NCBI RefSeq assembly: GCF_001194135.2
Contig: NC_068995.1
Span: forward strand, 16,036,405-16,100,404
DNA from: Octopus bimaculoides
Taxonomy: Eukaryota
Direction of reading: 5' to 3'
Length of the DNA: 64,000 nt
A program made the position numbers and the translations under genes. Positions 62,661 through 64,000 of this stretch are shown piece by piece. Position 1 is the stretch's first letter. Every line of letters begins with the position of its first letter. A model generated the notes under the pieces. It was not told where the DNA came from and ran no database searches. It saw only the letters and a program-made list of their open reading frames with translations.

Positions 62661-63914
62661 TAGAAATGATTATTATAGACGAGCAGCACCATTTTACAAA
62701 TGACCAGTGACGGTCACTTTTTCTACAAATTTTTATGCAATGTTTTCAATTGACGACTTCTCTGTATTTATTAACTGTTTTGTTTTGCTTTAACATTTCA
62801 TGATAGACAACACCCTTCATGTTATACCAAACTCAGAGCATATGTTTGTGCAGATATAGTGCTTGTTTGGGGATGTCATTTACTTTGGATATGATTCTAA
62901 AGAATACACCTATCTTGTGATGATTCTGTCCGGCAATTTGTTGCAACCCTGCTCTTTAATGACAACTAGAGGTCAACTCTTTCATTAAGCTAAAGATCAA
63001 TAATAAGATAAGGGACATACCGACCAGATTTAATATATTTTTTTACTTCATGAAAGAATTTTATGATTGGCGTTAATTCTCATCTAAACTGCTCAGAAAA
63101 TTTACTCAACTATACTTTCAGATGCTCAGTAGTCATAACACATTGTCTTCTAGATGGAAGGGAGTGCAAGAGAAACTTCACCAAGCGAAAGTGAATAATC
63201 CATCAGTGGCATGTCTAGACAAAGTTACATTTCCATTGACGAAACAAACATATTGTTGCCGCTGAAGAGTCTCTTTCGAACTAATGCAACATACAGTGTT
63301 TAATATTGGTATCATCTGAACTCCTTTTAAAAGGATAAAATCGATATGAATTTGACCACTGTTATAAAGTAATCGACACAAGCAGATACAAAGAAACAGA
63401 ATACAACAAGTAATGCTTTCTTTACGGTAAATATTGGAAAAGAAAAGAAATGTATGTCTTTGAGCACGATTCGATAAAAACTGACCAATGTATAGCAAAT
63501 AGTAATATTCATAACCGTGAAAGATATGTGTACTGATGAACAGCTTAGCTTCTAACCAGTTGCAAAGGAACCGTACTGGTAAGCAGGTCACTGATGTATG
63601 TATGTATGTATGTATGTATGTATGTATGTATGTGTGTGTATGTATGTATGTATGTATGTATGTATGTATGTATATATGTGTGTGTGTGTATGTATGTACG
63701 CATGAGTGTATGTATGTATGTGTGTATGTATGTGTGTATGTATGTGTGTATGAATGTGGATATATGCAGATATGAATATATCTTTATAAATACATGTATA
63801 CACATACATATACACATAAGAATGATAGACACATACGTATGTGTATGTGTGTATGTAGTATTCATACATATAATTGTATGAAAACATACATACACACACA
63901 CACTTGCACACGCA

Positions 63915-63992
<78 letters not shown>

Positions 63993-64000
63993 TATATATA

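Noticed and set aside
63178-63591. 137-aa minus ORF
   Set aside because: No recognisable domain or splice context; begins with a non-ATG codon next to a microsatellite
198-63989. Most supplied ORFs (poly-I, YI, CV, TH, LS and X-filled frames)
   Set aside because: They are translations of microsatellites or N-gaps, not genes
1-64000. CRISPR arrays, operons, rRNA or true tRNA genes
   Set aside because: None seen; tRNA-like A/B boxes all belong to SINE heads and lack a full cloverleaf; the tandem repeats have no unique spacers

Overview
Eukaryotic, AT-rich, microsatellite-saturated draft-scaffold DNA with 13 N-gaps, most consistent with an octopus (coleoid cephalopod) genome. That assignment rests on the tRNA-derived SINE families and the transposon mix and is an inference. 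No complete gene is visible. The window is mostly decayed mobile DNA: at least three tRNA-headed SINE families, RTE, R4/Dong, CR1/Jockey-type and Penelope retroelement fragments, mariner, maT and hAT remnants, and a Ty3/Gypsy pol fragment. The strongest observations are: (1) minimal type I hammerhead ribozyme motifs from at least two, probably three, unrelated small repeat families (31547-31592, 52146-52191, 50966-51008, and degenerate at 43669-43704), two set in inverted-repeat architectures; (2) a 294-codon open frame fusing a mariner N-terminal HTH DNA-binding domain in frame to a Gypsy RT/RNase H fragment (24871-25755, minus); (3) an RTE LINE with the 5'-inverted layout expected from twin priming (17911-18712); (4) a candidate TNF-receptor cysteine-rich exon (4497-4606) and possible transmembrane exons (19864-20174); (5) three collinear, diverged local duplications at 28.6-38.7 kb with conserved splice-donor-like sites; (6) repeated tail-to-head tandem arrays of one SINE family. 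Almost all supplied ORFs are microsatellite or N-gap artefacts.
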